Below, in pieces: positions 49,639 through 60,162 of a stretch of 64,000 nt of DNA. Every line of letters begins with the position of its first letter. Position 1 is the first letter of the stretch. The translations under genes and the position numbers were made by a program. The notes beneath the pieces were generated by a model. It saw only the letters and a list, made by a program, of their open reading frames with translations, was not told where the DNA came from and made no database searches. Source of the DNA: Tagaea sp. (lineage in GTDB: Bacteria > Pseudomonadota > Alphaproteobacteria > CACIAM-22H2); contig CBDIIB010000004.1 in assembly GCA_965279525.1 (NCBI GenBank), forward strand, positions 256,001-320,000, written 5' to 3'.

Positions 49639-49986
49639 CTAGGTTCGCGGAGGTCGCGCCGGCGGCTTCATGCCGATTGGTCTGTCCAGAAAATCGCTGC
49701 TTGGCTTGTCGAGACTTCGGGCCATCAGAAATTCGAAGCTCGCCGGAGATTTGAACGGCAATCCGGAAACAAAATTTGGCGTGCAGGCCACCAATAGCTG
49801 GCAAGCCTTTTCGCAATCCGGGGTAACAGGCTGCCCATTTGGGCAACAGGGCATGCCATCCGACATCTCGCCCATGATGGTGGACGGCGCTGTCACAAGG
49901 CTCGTCGCTTCGTTAAATGGGCCGAACACGATAGCGAGGGTTGCAATTGCGACAACCAACCAGCGATGCGCTGCCGAGCATTTCAT
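49639..49986 (-). CDS. Cys-rich DUF2946/CopL-like small protein with Pro-rich C-terminus
   Basis: N-terminal hydrophobic segment, MPCCP...DCEKAC...AC, terminal PPARPPRT. Confidence 0.7.
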   Translation of the reverse strand: MKCSAAHRWLVVAIATLAIVFGPFNEATSLVTAPSTIMGEMSDGMPCCPNGQPVTPDCEKACQLLVACTPNFVSGLPFKSPASFEFLMARSLDKPSSDFLDRPIGMKPPARPPRT

Positions 49987-50042
49987 CTCGGTACTATCTC
50001 ACAGCAGGCAGCATTGGAGAAGTTCTCTATACGTCTGTCGCT

Positions 50043-50058
50043 GGTACAATTCGTTACG
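50043..50058 (+). promoter_or_regulatory. Putative OmpR-family tandem site, copy 1
   Basis: GGTACAATTCGTTACG; near-identical copies at 60878 (reverse) and 63475. Confidence 0.6.
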
Positions 50059-50166
50059 TTACGAAATCAGCCTGATACACGAGGGGTATATCGTCAGATG
50101 ACGTCACCAAGGCAATTCGAAGGCTCAGCGCAGCATCACGCGAAAATCTAGATGGGAAGAAATCCG

Positions 50167-50286
50167 ATGGGCCACAATGAGATGTCTATGCCTGGTGATA
50201 TGGTGCTGATGTGGATTTTCGGGCTGCTAGTCCTCGTGGTTCTTGTGCTTGCAGCACTAGCTCTCATTAAATACCTGCGCACCTGA
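50167..50286 (+). CDS. 39-aa Met-rich single-TM peptide (below ORF-track cutoff)
   Basis: MGHNEMSMPGDMVLMWIFGLLVLVVLVLAALALIKYLRT; purine-rich GGGAAGA upstream; alternative ATG at 50152. Confidence 0.7.
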   Translation: MGHNEMSMPGDMVLMWIFGLLVLVVLVLAALALIKYLRT

Positions 50287-50328
50287 TCGCGTTCTGGCCG
50301 TCGGGTCCACGGGGAATGAATTAGCCCC

Positions 50329-50359
50329 TTGACCTTCCCACGAGGGAAGGGTGCACGAA
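50329..50359 (+). promoter_or_regulatory. CueR-type promoter of copA
   Basis: TTGACC -35 overlapping dyad CCTTCCC-ACGA-GGGAAGG (one base tighter than ACCTTCC-N7-GGAAGGT). Confidence 0.75.
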
Positions 50360-50381
50360 GTCTCCCAGAAGGGAGAATTCC

Positions 50382-52862
50382 ATGACTGCGGCTATCGCTA
50401 CCAAGTTGCCTGAGGCCGAACTCGCTCTGACCGTTCCGATCGAAGGCATGACCTGCGCATCTTGCGTTTCGCACGTCGAGAATGCACTTGCGGCCACGCC
50501 TGGCATCAGATCTGTCTCCGTCAATCTCGCGAGTGAAAAGGCAAGTATGTCACTCGCCGACTCCGGCGCAATCGCGGAAATTCCGGGTGCTGTCGAAAAG
50601 GCCGGCTATGCAATTCCGATGATCGGAGTTGAGTATTCGGTATCCGGAATGACATGCGCATCGTGCGTTAGTCACGTTGAAAAGGCTATCAGGGCAGTAC
50701 CAGGCGTGGCAGATGTCGCAGTCAATCTGGCGACCGAGCGGGCGACGGCGAAACTTTATGCAGGTCTGGTACCGGTCGGCGCCATCGAGCGAGCCGTTGA
50801 AAAGGCTGGCTATGACGCCAAGATCTTGACGGACTCGGTTGGCCAGAAGCAAACGACGGACGCAAAGTCCGAAGAGATCGGTCGCCTGCGGCAGTCGCTT
50901 CTCTTCGCGGCAGCACTGACATTTCCGATCTTTGCAATCGAAATGGGTGGACATGCGATCCCGGAGGTTCACTCGTGGGTCGAGCTTGCTGTCGGGCACA
51001 AGTACCTCAAGTATGTCTTCTTCGTGCTGGCGACACTCGTGATGTTCGGACCCGGCATCCGCTTTCATCGGATAGGTCTGCCGAAACTGCTGCGGGGCGT
51101 GCCGGACATGAACTCGCTGGTCTCTGTTGGGACGCTCAGTGCCTATGGCTACTCTCTAGTCTCGACCTTTGCGGCCAGTATTCTGCCGGCTGGAACAGCT
51201 CATCTCTATTACGAAGCCGCGACTGTCATCGTGACGCTGATCCTGCTGGGTCGCTGGCTGGAGGCGATCAGCCGCGGTCGAACCAGTCAGGCGATCAAGC
51301 GGCTGGTCGGGCTGCAGGCAAAGACCGCACGCGTATTGCGCCAGGGGGCTGTTATCGAGATCCCGCTTGAGCAGGTCAAGCTGGGAGATCGCATTCAGGT
51401 CAAGCCAGGAGACCGAATCCCTGTCGATGGCACGCTCGTTGATGGCGAGTCTTATGTCGACGAGTCGATGATCTCAGGCGAGTCCGTGCCTGTATTTAAG
51501 GCGACGGGTGCCAGCGTGGTTGGCGGAACGATCAACACGACCGGCAGCTTCGTGTTCGAGGCAACGCGGATTGGAGCCGACACACTGCTCGCCCAGATCA
51601 TCAAGATGGTCGAGAGCGCACAGGGTGCAAAGCTTCCGATCCAGGCACTGGTCGACAAGGTGACGGCATGGTTCGTCCCGGCCGTGTTTGCAGCGGCAGG
51701 GCTGACCTTCGCTGTCTGGTGGATATGGGGACCCGATCCCGCGCTGACGTTCGGACTCGTCAACGCGGTTGCCGTCCTGATCATCGCGTGTCCGTGTGCA
51801 ATGGGCCTCGCCACGCCGACCTCAATCATGGTGGGAACGGGCAGGGCAGCGGAGCTCGGCGTGCTGTTCCGCCGCGGCGATGCGCTGCAGGCACTTCGGG
51901 ACGTAAAGACTGTCGCCTTCGACAAGACAGGCACGTTGACCAAAGGGAAGCCAGAGCTGACGGACATGGTCCTGGCGGGAGGCTTCACGCGTTTGGACGT
52001 GCTTGCGCGAATCGCCTCGGTCGAAGTTTTGTCCGAGCATCCAGTTGCCGCAGCGATCGTTGCCGCAGCCAGAGCCGAGGGTCTGGTGCCAAGCGCTGTC
52101 GATGGGTTCAATGCGGTGCCGGGCTTCGGGGTTGGCGGATTCGTTGACGGCAAGCGAATCGATGTCGGTGCAGACCGGCATATGATCAAGCTTGGCGTCG
52201 ATATCGCCGGGTTTGAAAATGCTGTCGTGGTACTTGCCGCGGCAGGCAAGACGCCACTTTATGCTGCAATCGACGGCAAGGCGGCAGCCCTCATTGCAGT
52301 CGCAGACCCTATACGTCCGACAACTGCTGCTGCCATTGCCGCCATGCATCGGCTCGGTCTCAAGATCGCGATGATCACTGGAGACAACAAGGTCACGGCA
52401 CAGGCTGTTGCTCGGCAACTTGGCATCGATACAGTGGTGGCCGAGGTCCTTCCGGCGGGCAAGCTTGAAGAAATTCGGAAACTGCGCGCGTCGGACGGCG
52501 CTATCGCTTTCGTCGGAGATGGCATCAACGATGCTCCGGCGCTCGCCGAGGCCGACATCGGCATCGCGGTCGGGACGGGAACGGATGTGGCGATCGAAAG
52601 TGCGGAAGTCGTTCTCGTCTCGGGCGATCTGACGATTGTCACAACAGCGCTGGCGATCTCGCGCGCAACGATGCGCAACATCGAGCAGAACCTGTTCTGG
52701 GCCTTTGCCTACAACGCAGCACTCGTGCCCGTTGCCGCCGGCGTTCTCTACCCATTCACCGGCACCCTCCTGTCGCCCATGCTGGCAGCGGGTGCGATGG
52801 CGATGTCGAGTGTCTTTGTGCTTTCGAACGCGCTACGCCTGCGCCGATTCACGCCGGCGTAG
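50382..52862 (+). CDS. copA: Copper-exporting P1B-1 ATPase
   Basis: Two GMTCASC domains, CPCAMG, DKTGT, SEHP, GDGIND, YN, MAMSS. Confidence 0.95.
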   Translation: MTAAIATKLPEAELALTVPIEGMTCASCVSHVENALAATPGIRSVSVNLASEKASMSLADSGAIAEIPGAVEKAGYAIPMIGVEYSVSGMTCASCVSHVEKAIRAVPGVADVAVNLATERATAKLYAGLVPVGAIERAVEKAGYDAKILTDSVGQKQTTDAKSEEIGRLRQSLLFAAALTFPIFAIEMGGHAIPEVHSWVELAVGHKYLKYVFFVLATLVMFGPGIRFHRIGLPKLLRGVPDMNSLVSVGTLSAYGYSLVSTFAASILPAGTAHLYYEAATVIVTLILLGRWLEAISRGRTSQAIKRLVGLQAKTARVLRQGAVIEIPLEQVKLGDRIQVKPGDRIPVDGTLVDGESYVDESMISGESVPVFKATGASVVGGTINTTGSFVFEATRIGADTLLAQIIKMVESAQGAKLPIQALVDKVTAWFVPAVFAAAGLTFAVWWIWGPDPALTFGLVNAVAVLIIACPCAMGLATPTSIMVGTGRAAELGVLFRRGDALQALRDVKTVAFDKTGTLTKGKPELTDMVLAGGFTRLDVLARIASVEVLSEHPVAAAIVAAARAEGLVPSAVDGFNAVPGFGVGGFVDGKRIDVGADRHMIKLGVDIAGFENAVVVLAAAGKTPLYAAIDGKAAALIAVADPIRPTTAAAIAAMHRLGLKIAMITGDNKVTAQAVARQLGIDTVVAEVLPAGKLEEIRKLRASDGAIAFVGDGINDAPALAEADIGIAVGTGTDVAIESAEVVLVSGDLTIVTTALAISRATMRNIEQNLFWAFAYNAALVPVAAGVLYPFTGTLLSPMLAAGAMAMSSVFVLSNALRLRRFTPA

Positions 52863-52884
52863 CGAAGATTGAAGGGAGGCGATC

Positions 52885-53424
52885 ATGAATATCGGCGAAA
52901 TCGCGGTGGCCGCTGGCGTATCGGCGAAGATGATTCGCTACTACGAGTCGATCGACCTGATCAAGGCACCTGTCCGAACCGAAGGTGGCTATCGGGTATA
53001 TATGCCGGACGATGTTCATACGCTCCGTTTCATCGGGCGGGCACGTGACCTTGGCTTTTCGATTGAGGAAATATCGAGCTTGCTCGCTCTTTGGCACGAT
53101 CGCAGTAGGGCGAGTTCCGACGTCAAACGGATTGCCGTTGAGAAGTTGGCGACGCTGGAGGCGAAGATCCTGGAGCTTAACGCGATGGCAGCAACGCTCA
53201 GGCATCTTGCAGAAAACTGTCACGGCGACCATCGGCCCGATTGCCCCATCCTGAGTGATCTCGCGGAGCCAAAGGTTGCTTCGACGCCCGGGGGCCGTGC
53301 CGGCAATCTTGCAAACCTCAAAGGGTTCGGGGGACGCCGGACCGCAAAAGCCGATTGCGGTCATGAGGCCTGCCGGGACACCGCGCCCAAAAAGCGGGCA
53401 TCCGTATCCGGAAAATTTCGTTGA
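52885..53424 (+). CDS. cueR: Cu(I)-responsive MerR regulator with C-terminal extension
   Basis: MNIGE..GVSAKMIRYYE, RASSDVK, CHGDHRPDCPIL. Confidence 0.93.
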   Translation: MNIGEIAVAAGVSAKMIRYYESIDLIKAPVRTEGGYRVYMPDDVHTLRFIGRARDLGFSIEEISSLLALWHDRSRASSDVKRIAVEKLATLEAKILELNAMAATLRHLAENCHGDHRPDCPILSDLAEPKVASTPGGRAGNLANLKGFGGRRTAKADCGHEACRDTAPKKRASVSGKFR

Positions 53425-53451
53425 CCTTCCAACGTTGGCAACTTGCATCGT
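53421..53451 (+). promoter_or_regulatory. CueR-type promoter of copZ
   Basis: TTGACC -35, ACCTTCC-AACGTTG-GCAAC dyad variant, 19-nt spacer to CATCGT. Confidence 0.7.
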
Positions 53452-53507
53452 GATTGCCTTGCTCGAACCTGCGTGAGCGAGGTCTGAACCTCCCAAGGAG
53501 AAGTCGT

Positions 53508-53708
53508 ATGGCTACGGTACTGAAAGTCGAAAAGATGCACTGCCAGAGCTGCGCCAAGCGCGTGACCAACGCCATCATGGGCGTGGCGCCCCATTCGAAG
53601 ATCGACATCGACATCGAGGGCCGGCGCGTCACGATCGACGGCGTCGGCAATCTCGCGGAGGTCACCAAGGCTCTCGAGGACGCAGGCTACCCGGCCCAGA
53701 ACGCCTGA
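53508..53708 (+). CDS. copZ: Copper chaperone (HMA domain)
   Basis: AAGGAG RBS; MHCQSC, AGY. Confidence 0.9.
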   Translation: MATVLKVEKMHCQSCAKRVTNAIMGVAPHSKIDIDIEGRRVTIDGVGNLAEVTKALEDAGYPAQNA

Positions 53709-53780
53709 GCGCGAGCGGACGGAACAGGGACCGTCCGCTGGGCCTTACCGTCAAACAAACTCATTCAAGAGAGGGTAAGC

Positions 53781-54815
53781 ATGTCCGGAAGCCTCAAGAT
53801 TCTGACTATCTCCGCCGCCTTCGCATTGGCGTCGCCGGTCGCGGCTCTCGCCGCGCAGGGCGACACCGTGAACGCGATAAAAGCGCGCGGCGAACTTAAC
53901 TGCGGTGTATCAACCGGTGTTTCGACGGGCATGTCGACGCTGGACAACGCCGGAAACTGGCGGGGAATGGAAGTCGAGTTCTGCCGCGGAGTCGCCGCAG
54001 CAATTCTCGGCGATCCGGCAAAGGTGAAATTCGTACCTCTCGAGTTCCGTGCGGCCTTCACCACGCTTCAGTCGGGTGCGGCCGATCTTCTGGCTCGAAC
54101 GGCAACTTGGAGCTACTCGCGGGACTCCTCGCTCAATCTCGACTGGGCGGGCGTCTACATGTACGACGGCCAGGGGTTCATGGTCGCCAAGAAGCTTGGG
54201 GCCAAGAGCGGAAAAGACCTCAACGGCGCGTCGGTTTGCGTGTCCGCCGGCACGACGTCGGAGCTCAACCTTGCGGATTATTACCGGGCGAACCGAATGA
54301 CCTACACGGCCATTACGGGTGCGACACGCGAACAGAACCAGCAGAATCTCGAATCGGGACGCTGCGACGTCTATTCGAACGAGCGTGGCGGGCTTGCCGC
54401 AAGCCGGACAGCGATGAAGAACCCCGACGACTGGGAGATACTCCCTGACGTCTTCTCGAAGGAACCGCTGGGACCGACAGTCCGGCAGGACGATCCCCGC
54501 TTCAAGGACATCGTTTCCTGGGTGCTCAACGTGATCATTACGGCCGAAGAGTTCGGCATCACGCAGGCCAATGTCGTCGAGATGAGCCAGAATTCCACCA
54601 ATCCTGAAGTTCAGCGTTTGCTTGGCAAGACGGGCGAGTTTGGCAAGATGCTTGATCTGCCGCAGGATTGGGCGGTCAAGGTGATCCGGACAACCGGCAA
54701 CTATGGCGAGCTCTACGAGCGTAACCTTGGTAGTGGCAGTCCGATCAAACTGGCACGCGGATTGAACAGCCTTTGGAGCAATGGCGGCCTTCTCTACAGC
54801 CCGCCTTTCCGCTGA
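53781..54815 (+). CDS. aapJ: General L-amino acid ABC transporter substrate-binding protein (AapJ/BztA-like)
   Basis: IKARGELNCGV, YDGQGFMV, GTTSELNLADY, SKEPLGP, GNYGE, RGLNSLW..GGL.Y.PPFR. Confidence 0.88.
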   Translation: MSGSLKILTISAAFALASPVAALAAQGDTVNAIKARGELNCGVSTGVSTGMSTLDNAGNWRGMEVEFCRGVAAAILGDPAKVKFVPLEFRAAFTTLQSGAADLLARTATWSYSRDSSLNLDWAGVYMYDGQGFMVAKKLGAKSGKDLNGASVCVSAGTTSELNLADYYRANRMTYTAITGATREQNQQNLESGRCDVYSNERGGLAASRTAMKNPDDWEILPDVFSKEPLGPTVRQDDPRFKDIVSWVLNVIITAEEFGITQANVVEMSQNSTNPEVQRLLGKTGEFGKMLDLPQDWAVKVIRTTGNYGELYERNLGSGSPIKLARGLNSLWSNGGLLYSPPFR

Positions 54816-54826
54816 TCGCCGGTGCG

Positions 54827-54856
54827 GCCATGCGGGATAGCGATGTCCCGCATGGC
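54827..54856 (+). other. Intercistronic stem-loop after the binding-protein gene
   Basis: GCCATGCGGGATA-GCGA-TGTCCCGCATGGC with no U tract. Confidence 0.55.
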
Positions 54857-54876
54857 GTTCCCGGTAATTGATCACG

Positions 54877-56085
54877 ATGCATGACGCTCGAACCCAGGGA
54901 CTTGTGGATCTGACCGCAGACACGGCATCAATGGCCCGCGCGCCGACGACCCGCCAGTTTCGGCGTTTCGCCTATCAAGCCATGTTCGTTCTCGTCGCCG
55001 GCGTTCTCGGCTGGGTCGCTTGGGAGAATGTCCAGGCCAATATGGCAGTAAGGAACCTCAGCCTCGGCTTTGGATTTCTCAGTCAGGAAGCCGGCTTCGG
55101 CGTCCCATTCAGTATTCTCCCCTACAACGAGACCGACAGCTACGGCTGGGTCTTTGTTGTCGGCGTTGCAAACACGATGCTTGTCGCCCTTCTCGGAATC
55201 GTCGCGGCGACGGTTCTCGGGTTTACGATCGGTATCGCGCGGCTTTCCCCGAACTGGGCGGTCACGAATGCCGCCCTCGTCTATATCGAAGCAGTCCGGA
55301 ACCTCCCGCTGCTGCTGCATGTCCTGATCTGGTACAATGTGGTCATCCGCGGTCTTCCGCCGGCCCGGCAGGCGATTTCGGTCGGCGATGTCGCATTCCT
55401 GAGTAACCGCGGCATTTTCCTGCCCTGGCTGACGACCGGTCTCGGGGCATGGACACTCTGCGGAATCGGGATTGTTGCCATCATCGGCCTTGGCTTCATT
55501 TTGAGCCGTAGTCGACGCCGTCGGGAGGCGACCGGAGAGGCGCTTCCGACTGTCCGCCTCGCCGCACTCTGGATCGTTGCGGTTGTCGCCGGCGTCTTTC
55601 TCACCACGCATGCGACGATCCATTTCGAGGTGCCGGCACTGCGGGGCTTCAACTTCGCCGGAGGTATTGCCCTGTCGCCGGAGCTTGCCGCTCTGGTGAT
55701 CGCGCTTGCGATCTATAACGCATCATTCATAGCGGAGCTGGTACGCGGCGCCATCGAAGCGGTCGATCGGGGTCAACGCGAGGCTGCGCTGTCGCTCGGA
55801 CTCGATCGGATGAAGACACTTCGCCTCGTCGTCATCCCACAGGCTGTCCGGCTGCTCGTCCCGCCATTGACCAACCAGTATCTTCATCTGCTCAAGGCAT
55901 CGTCGCTTGCGACGGTCATCGGATATCCAGATATCGTGAACATCTTCGTCGGTACGACCTTAAACCAGACCGGGCGTGCGATCGAGATCATGGGGCTGAC
56001 GATGGCTGTATTCCTCGTTCTCAGCCTTGGCATCACGGGACTCAGCAACCTCTTTAACCGCCATATGCGGATCGTCGGGCGATGA
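54877..56085 (+). CDS. aapQ: Amino acid ABC transporter permease (AapQ-like)
   Basis: GFGFL...AGF, ARLSPNW, GFNFAGG, GQREAA.SLG, IGYPD; start uncertain. Confidence 0.86.
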   Translation: MHDARTQGLVDLTADTASMARAPTTRQFRRFAYQAMFVLVAGVLGWVAWENVQANMAVRNLSLGFGFLSQEAGFGVPFSILPYNETDSYGWVFVVGVANTMLVALLGIVAATVLGFTIGIARLSPNWAVTNAALVYIEAVRNLPLLLHVLIWYNVVIRGLPPARQAISVGDVAFLSNRGIFLPWLTTGLGAWTLCGIGIVAIIGLGFILSRSRRRREATGEALPTVRLAALWIVAVVAGVFLTTHATIHFEVPALRGFNFAGGIALSPELAALVIALAIYNASFIAELVRGAIEAVDRGQREAALSLGLDRMKTLRLVVIPQAVRLLVPPLTNQYLHLLKASSLATVIGYPDIVNIFVGTTLNQTGRAIEIMGLTMAVFLVLSLGITGLSNLFNRHMRIVGR

Positions 56086-57128
56086 CAAACGCCGTCGCCT
56101 GGGCCCGACGAAACCTCTTCGCGCGACCTGTCGATGTCGTGCTGACGGCCGTCGTTGCGGCAGCGATTCTCGGAATCGCATACGCGATACTCGATTGGGC
56201 CGTCTTATCGGCAACTTGGTCGGGGAACAGCCGCGCCGACTGCAGTCCGGAAGGGGCCTGTTGGGCCTTCGTCGTGGCCCGTGCTGGACAGTTCACCTAC
56301 GGATTCTACCCGCCGGATGAGCGATGGCGGGTCGATGTCGCCTTCTTGCTATTGGCGGTCGGCATCGCCGTGCTTGTCGTACCCCGTCTGCCGGGCAAGC
56401 GGTTGGCCGGCATTCTCCTGCTCACGGCATTTCCAGTACTTGCGGTCCTCTTGCTGAAGGGCGGAGCTTTCGGCCTGTCGAACGTGCCGACGGATCGGTG
56501 GGGCGGACTGTTCCTCACCTTGGTGCTCGGTGTTGCCGGTATCGTGCTTTCCTTTCCTATGGCGATCTTTCTGGCGCTTGGCCGGCATTCGGATCTGCTG
56601 GCGATCCGGATCGCCTGTACCTTCTACATCGAGATTTGCCGCGGCTTGCCTCTGATTGCTGTCCTTTTCATGGCGCGGATCCTGCTGCCCTATGCACTGC
56701 CGGTGGGCTCGGAACTGGATCCGCTTGGTCTGGCAGTAACCGGAATCGTCATGTTCGAAGCGGCGTATCTCGCCGAAGTGTTCCGTGGCGGCTTGCAGTC
56801 GCTGCCGAGGGGTCAGTATGAAGCCGCCGCGGCTATCGGGTTCGGCTACTGGCGGACGACGCTCTACGTCATCTTGCCGCAAGTCATGCGCAACGTAGTT
56901 CCTGGGTTGGTCAACAACTCGATCGCGCTTCTCAAGAATACGACGCTCGTCGTCGCTCTCGGACTGTTCGAAATCCTGAACATTGTCGCGGCCGGGGCGT
57001 CGGATCCCCAATGGCTTGGCTTGGCGGCCGAAGGCTATTTCGTGGCCGGCCTCGTATTCTGGAGCCTTTGTTTCGCGATGTCGCGCTACAGCCGCGGCGT
57101 CGAGCGAAGCCTATTGCGGGGACGGTAG
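56082..57128 (+). CDS. aapM: Amino acid ABC transporter permease (AapM-like)
   Basis: [44 protein letters not shown]. Confidence 0.86.
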   Translation: MTNAVAWARRNLFARPVDVVLTAVVAAAILGIAYAILDWAVLSATWSGNSRADCSPEGACWAFVVARAGQFTYGFYPPDERWRVDVAFLLLAVGIAVLVVPRLPGKRLAGILLLTAFPVLAVLLLKGGAFGLSNVPTDRWGGLFLTLVLGVAGIVLSFPMAIFLALGRHSDLLAIRIACTFYIEICRGLPLIAVLFMARILLPYALPVGSELDPLGLAVTGIVMFEAAYLAEVFRGGLQSLPRGQYEAAAAIGFGYWRTTLYVILPQVMRNVVPGLVNNSIALLKNTTLVVALGLFEILNIVAAGASDPQWLGLAAEGYFVAGLVFWSLCFAMSRYSRGVERSLLRGR

Positions 57129-57129
57129 A

Positions 57130-57879
57130 ATGCAGGAGCCCGCCTCCGAGCCGATGATCGACATCCGCCGCCTCAACAAATGGTATGGGGCGTTACACGT
57201 CTTGCGGGACATCGATCTGAAAATCTCTGCGGGCGAACGGGTCGTCGTTTGCGGACCGTCCGGATCGGGGAAGTCGACACTCGTGCGCTGCATCAACGCG
57301 CTCGAGCGCTATCAGGGTGGACGAATCCTGATCGCCGGTCGCGAAACAAACCCCGATTGCGATAGCGTGCTGTCGCTCCGGCGGGATGTCGGCATGGTGT
57401 TCCAGTCGTTCAATCTGTTCCCGCACCTCACGGTGCTGCGGAATCTCACGCTCGGCCCAGAGAAACTTCTGGGGTTGGGTCGGGTCGAAGCGGAAGCTGC
57501 CGCCATGGCATTGCTCGAGAAAGTCAAGTTGACCGACCAATGCAGGAAGTATCCAGCCGAACTCTCCGGTGGACAGCAGCAGCGTGTGGCAATTGCCCGC
57601 GCGCTTGCGATGCGGCCCGGCGTGATGCTGTTCGACGAGCCGACATCCGCACTCGACCCGGAAATGGTCAAGGAAGTTCTCGACGTCATGATTGATCTTG
57701 CCGGAAGCGGGCTGACGATGGTGTGCGTGACCCATGAGATGGGTTTCGCAAAGGCTGTTGCCGACCGAGTGGTGTTCATGGCGGAAGGAACCATTCAGGA
57801 AGTCACGACGCCGGAGCGGTTCTTCTGCGGCGATTGCTGTGAGCGCGCCCGCCGATTCGTCGAACAGGTGCTCCACTGA
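57130..57879 (+). CDS. aapP: Amino acid ABC transporter ATP-binding protein (AapP-like)
   Basis: [37 protein letters not shown]. Confidence 0.92.
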   Translation: MQEPASEPMIDIRRLNKWYGALHVLRDIDLKISAGERVVVCGPSGSGKSTLVRCINALERYQGGRILIAGRETNPDCDSVLSLRRDVGMVFQSFNLFPHLTVLRNLTLGPEKLLGLGRVEAEAAAMALLEKVKLTDQCRKYPAELSGGQQQRVAIARALAMRPGVMLFDEPTSALDPEMVKEVLDVMIDLAGSGLTMVCVTHEMGFAKAVADRVVFMAEGTIQEVTTPERFFCGDCCERARRFVEQVLH

Positions 57880-59066
57880 TGGAGAAGAAGCGTTCCGAAC
57901 GCGACGGCATCGACACGATCGCGACCCATGCCGGACGGGATCCGCCCGCTCAGGCCGGGGCCGTCAACCCGCCGATCTTTCATGCATCGACGATACTCTA
58001 CGAGACGATGGATGCGTACGATCGCCGTCGCGACCTGTTTTTCGATGGAGTGGGATATGGCCTCTACAATACTCCGTCGACTATAGCGCTGGCGCGCGCA
58101 GTTGCAGCGCTCGAGAATGCCGAGCACTGCGTCATCGTAAGCTCCGGGACCGCAGCCATCGCGACGGCGCTTTCGGCGTTCGTAGGGCACGGGGCTCATG
58201 TGTTGATCCCGGATAATGTCTACGGCGCGACGCGCACGTTCTGCGACGAAGTTCTCGGGCGCTTCGGCGTCTCCACGACCAGCTATGACCCCGAGATCGG
58301 TGCCGGAATATCAGATCTGATTCGGGAAGAAACAACGATTGTCTTTCTCGAATCGCCCGGATCGCTGACATTCGAGGTACAGGATGTGCCAGCCATCGCC
58401 CGTGCCGCCCGCGCCAAGGGTGCCGTCAGCGTGCTCGACGGAACTTGGGCATCGCCGGTTTTCATGCAAGCTCTGGATCTCGGCGTCGACATCGCGCTGC
58501 AATCGGGGACCAAGTATCTATCGGGACATTCAGATGTGATGTTTGGAACACTTTCGACACGGAACGAGGGAGTGTTCCGGCGTCTCAAGGAGACGGCTGG
58601 GCGCTTCGGAAATCGACTGGGCGGCGAGGACTGTTATCTCGCCCTACGAGGCCTGCGCACCCTGCCTGTCCGGATGAAGGCCCATCAAGCCGCCGGCCTT
58701 GAACTCGCGCGTCGGGTGGCGGGGCACCCGGCGGTTCGCCGTGTCTTGCATCCCGGTCTCGAGGGTGCTGCCGGCCACCAGTTTTGGAAGCGCGACTTCT
58801 CGGGAGCATCAGGGCTGTTCGGCGCTGTTTTGCAAACGAAGGATCGTGCCCGCGTCGCGATCGCCCTCGAGTCGAGCCGACTGTTCAAGATGGGTTCGAG
58901 CTGGGGCGGCTTTGAAAGCCTGATCGTTCCAGCTTATCCTGCCATGCAGCGCAAGACGACGCGCTGGGATACCGAGGGGTTTGTCGTACGGATTCACGCA
59001 GGCCTCGAGACGATCGAGGACCTATGGTCAGATCTGGATGATGTTCTGGGCAGGACCATGGGATAG
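57879..59066 (+). CDS. metC: Cystathionine beta-lyase
   Basis: VNPPIFHAST, FLESPGSLTFEVQD, GTKYLSGHSD, RGLRT, SWGGFESL, RIHAGLE. Confidence 0.88.
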   Translation: MEKKRSERDGIDTIATHAGRDPPAQAGAVNPPIFHASTILYETMDAYDRRRDLFFDGVGYGLYNTPSTIALARAVAALENAEHCVIVSSGTAAIATALSAFVGHGAHVLIPDNVYGATRTFCDEVLGRFGVSTTSYDPEIGAGISDLIREETTIVFLESPGSLTFEVQDVPAIARAARAKGAVSVLDGTWASPVFMQALDLGVDIALQSGTKYLSGHSDVMFGTLSTRNEGVFRRLKETAGRFGNRLGGEDCYLALRGLRTLPVRMKAHQAAGLELARRVAGHPAVRRVLHPGLEGAAGHQFWKRDFSGASGLFGAVLQTKDRARVAIALESSRLFKMGSSWGGFESLIVPAYPAMQRKTTRWDTEGFVVRIHAGLETIEDLWSDLDDVLGRTMG

Positions 59067-59103
59067 ACGGCTCGCTCACGAGCAGGAGTTAGAACAAATT
59101 GCC

Positions 59104-60162
59104 ATGACGTCCGACTCTTCAAGCGAGACAGATTTCGTCTCCGGACTGCCGCTCGCACTGACGATGGGCGAGCCCGGCGGCGTCGGGCCGGAACTGGCGC
59201 TCGATGCTTGGCTACGCTTGAAAGAGTCCGGCCCAACATTCGTCCTTTTCGCAGATCCGGATCTGACGGCGACGGTCGCCCGATATCTCGGGCGTGACGT
59301 CCCGGTTGCCGTAGTCGGAAGCGCGGCGGAAGCCGCAAGTCAATTTCGGAGGGTATTGCCGGTCATCCCGGTCAAGCTGGCCAAGCCCGTTGAACCCGGA
59401 AGGCCGGATCCAGCCAATGCATCTGCGGTCATCCAATCAATCGAACTTGCGGTCGTCGCGGCAAGGCGCGGCGAGGTCGGGGCTGTCGTTACGAATCCGA
59501 TTCAGAAGGCCGCCCTTTACGCGGCTGGCTTCCGGTACCCCGGACATACAGAATTCCTTGGCGAGATCGCCGGTACCGGGATTGTTCCGGTGATGATGCT
59601 TGCGGGTCCGGATCTTCGGGTCGTGCCAGTGACGATCCATGTATCGCTTCGCGATGCGCTTGCCGCTTTGAATACGGATGCCATTGTCGAAACGGCGCAG
59701 ACCGTCGCCAGTGCGCTAAGGCGGGACTTCGGGATCGATGCTCCCCGGATCGCGGTCGCCGGCGTGAACCCGCATGCCGGCGAAGGCGGTGCCATGGGCG
59801 ACGACGACATCCGGATTGTCGCTCCGGCTGTTGAGCGGCTCCGGAAAGCAGGCGTTTCGGTCGCTGGGCCGATGTCGCCGGACACGATGTTCACGGCACG
59901 CGCACGGCAGACATATGACGTTGCGATCTGCATGTACCACGATCAGGCGCTAATCCCGATCAAGACGCTCGATGTCGACGGCGGCGTCAACGTCACGCTC
60001 GGCCTTTCCATCGTGCGAACCTCGCCGGATCATGGAACGGCACTGGATATCGCCGGCAAGGGTCTTGCCGATGTCGGCAGCCTTGTCGCGGCAATCCGGA
60101 TGGCGGATATGATCATGCGCAATAGATCGAAGGAACGGCAAGTTACCCAGGTTCGGCGTTAA
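59104..60162 (+). CDS. pdxA: 4-hydroxythreonine-4-phosphate dehydrogenase
   Basis: TMGEPGGVGPE, TNPIQK, PGHTEFL, NPHAGE, MYHDQAL, RTSPDHGTA. Confidence 0.95.
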   Translation: MTSDSSSETDFVSGLPLALTMGEPGGVGPELALDAWLRLKESGPTFVLFADPDLTATVARYLGRDVPVAVVGSAAEAASQFRRVLPVIPVKLAKPVEPGRPDPANASAVIQSIELAVVAARRGEVGAVVTNPIQKAALYAAGFRYPGHTEFLGEIAGTGIVPVMMLAGPDLRVVPVTIHVSLRDALAALNTDAIVETAQTVASALRRDFGIDAPRIAVAGVNPHAGEGGAMGDDDIRIVAPAVERLRKAGVSVAGPMSPDTMFTARARQTYDVAICMYHDQALIPIKTLDVDGGVNVTLGLSIVRTSPDHGTALDIAGKGLADVGSLVAAIRMADMIMRNRSKERQVTQVRR

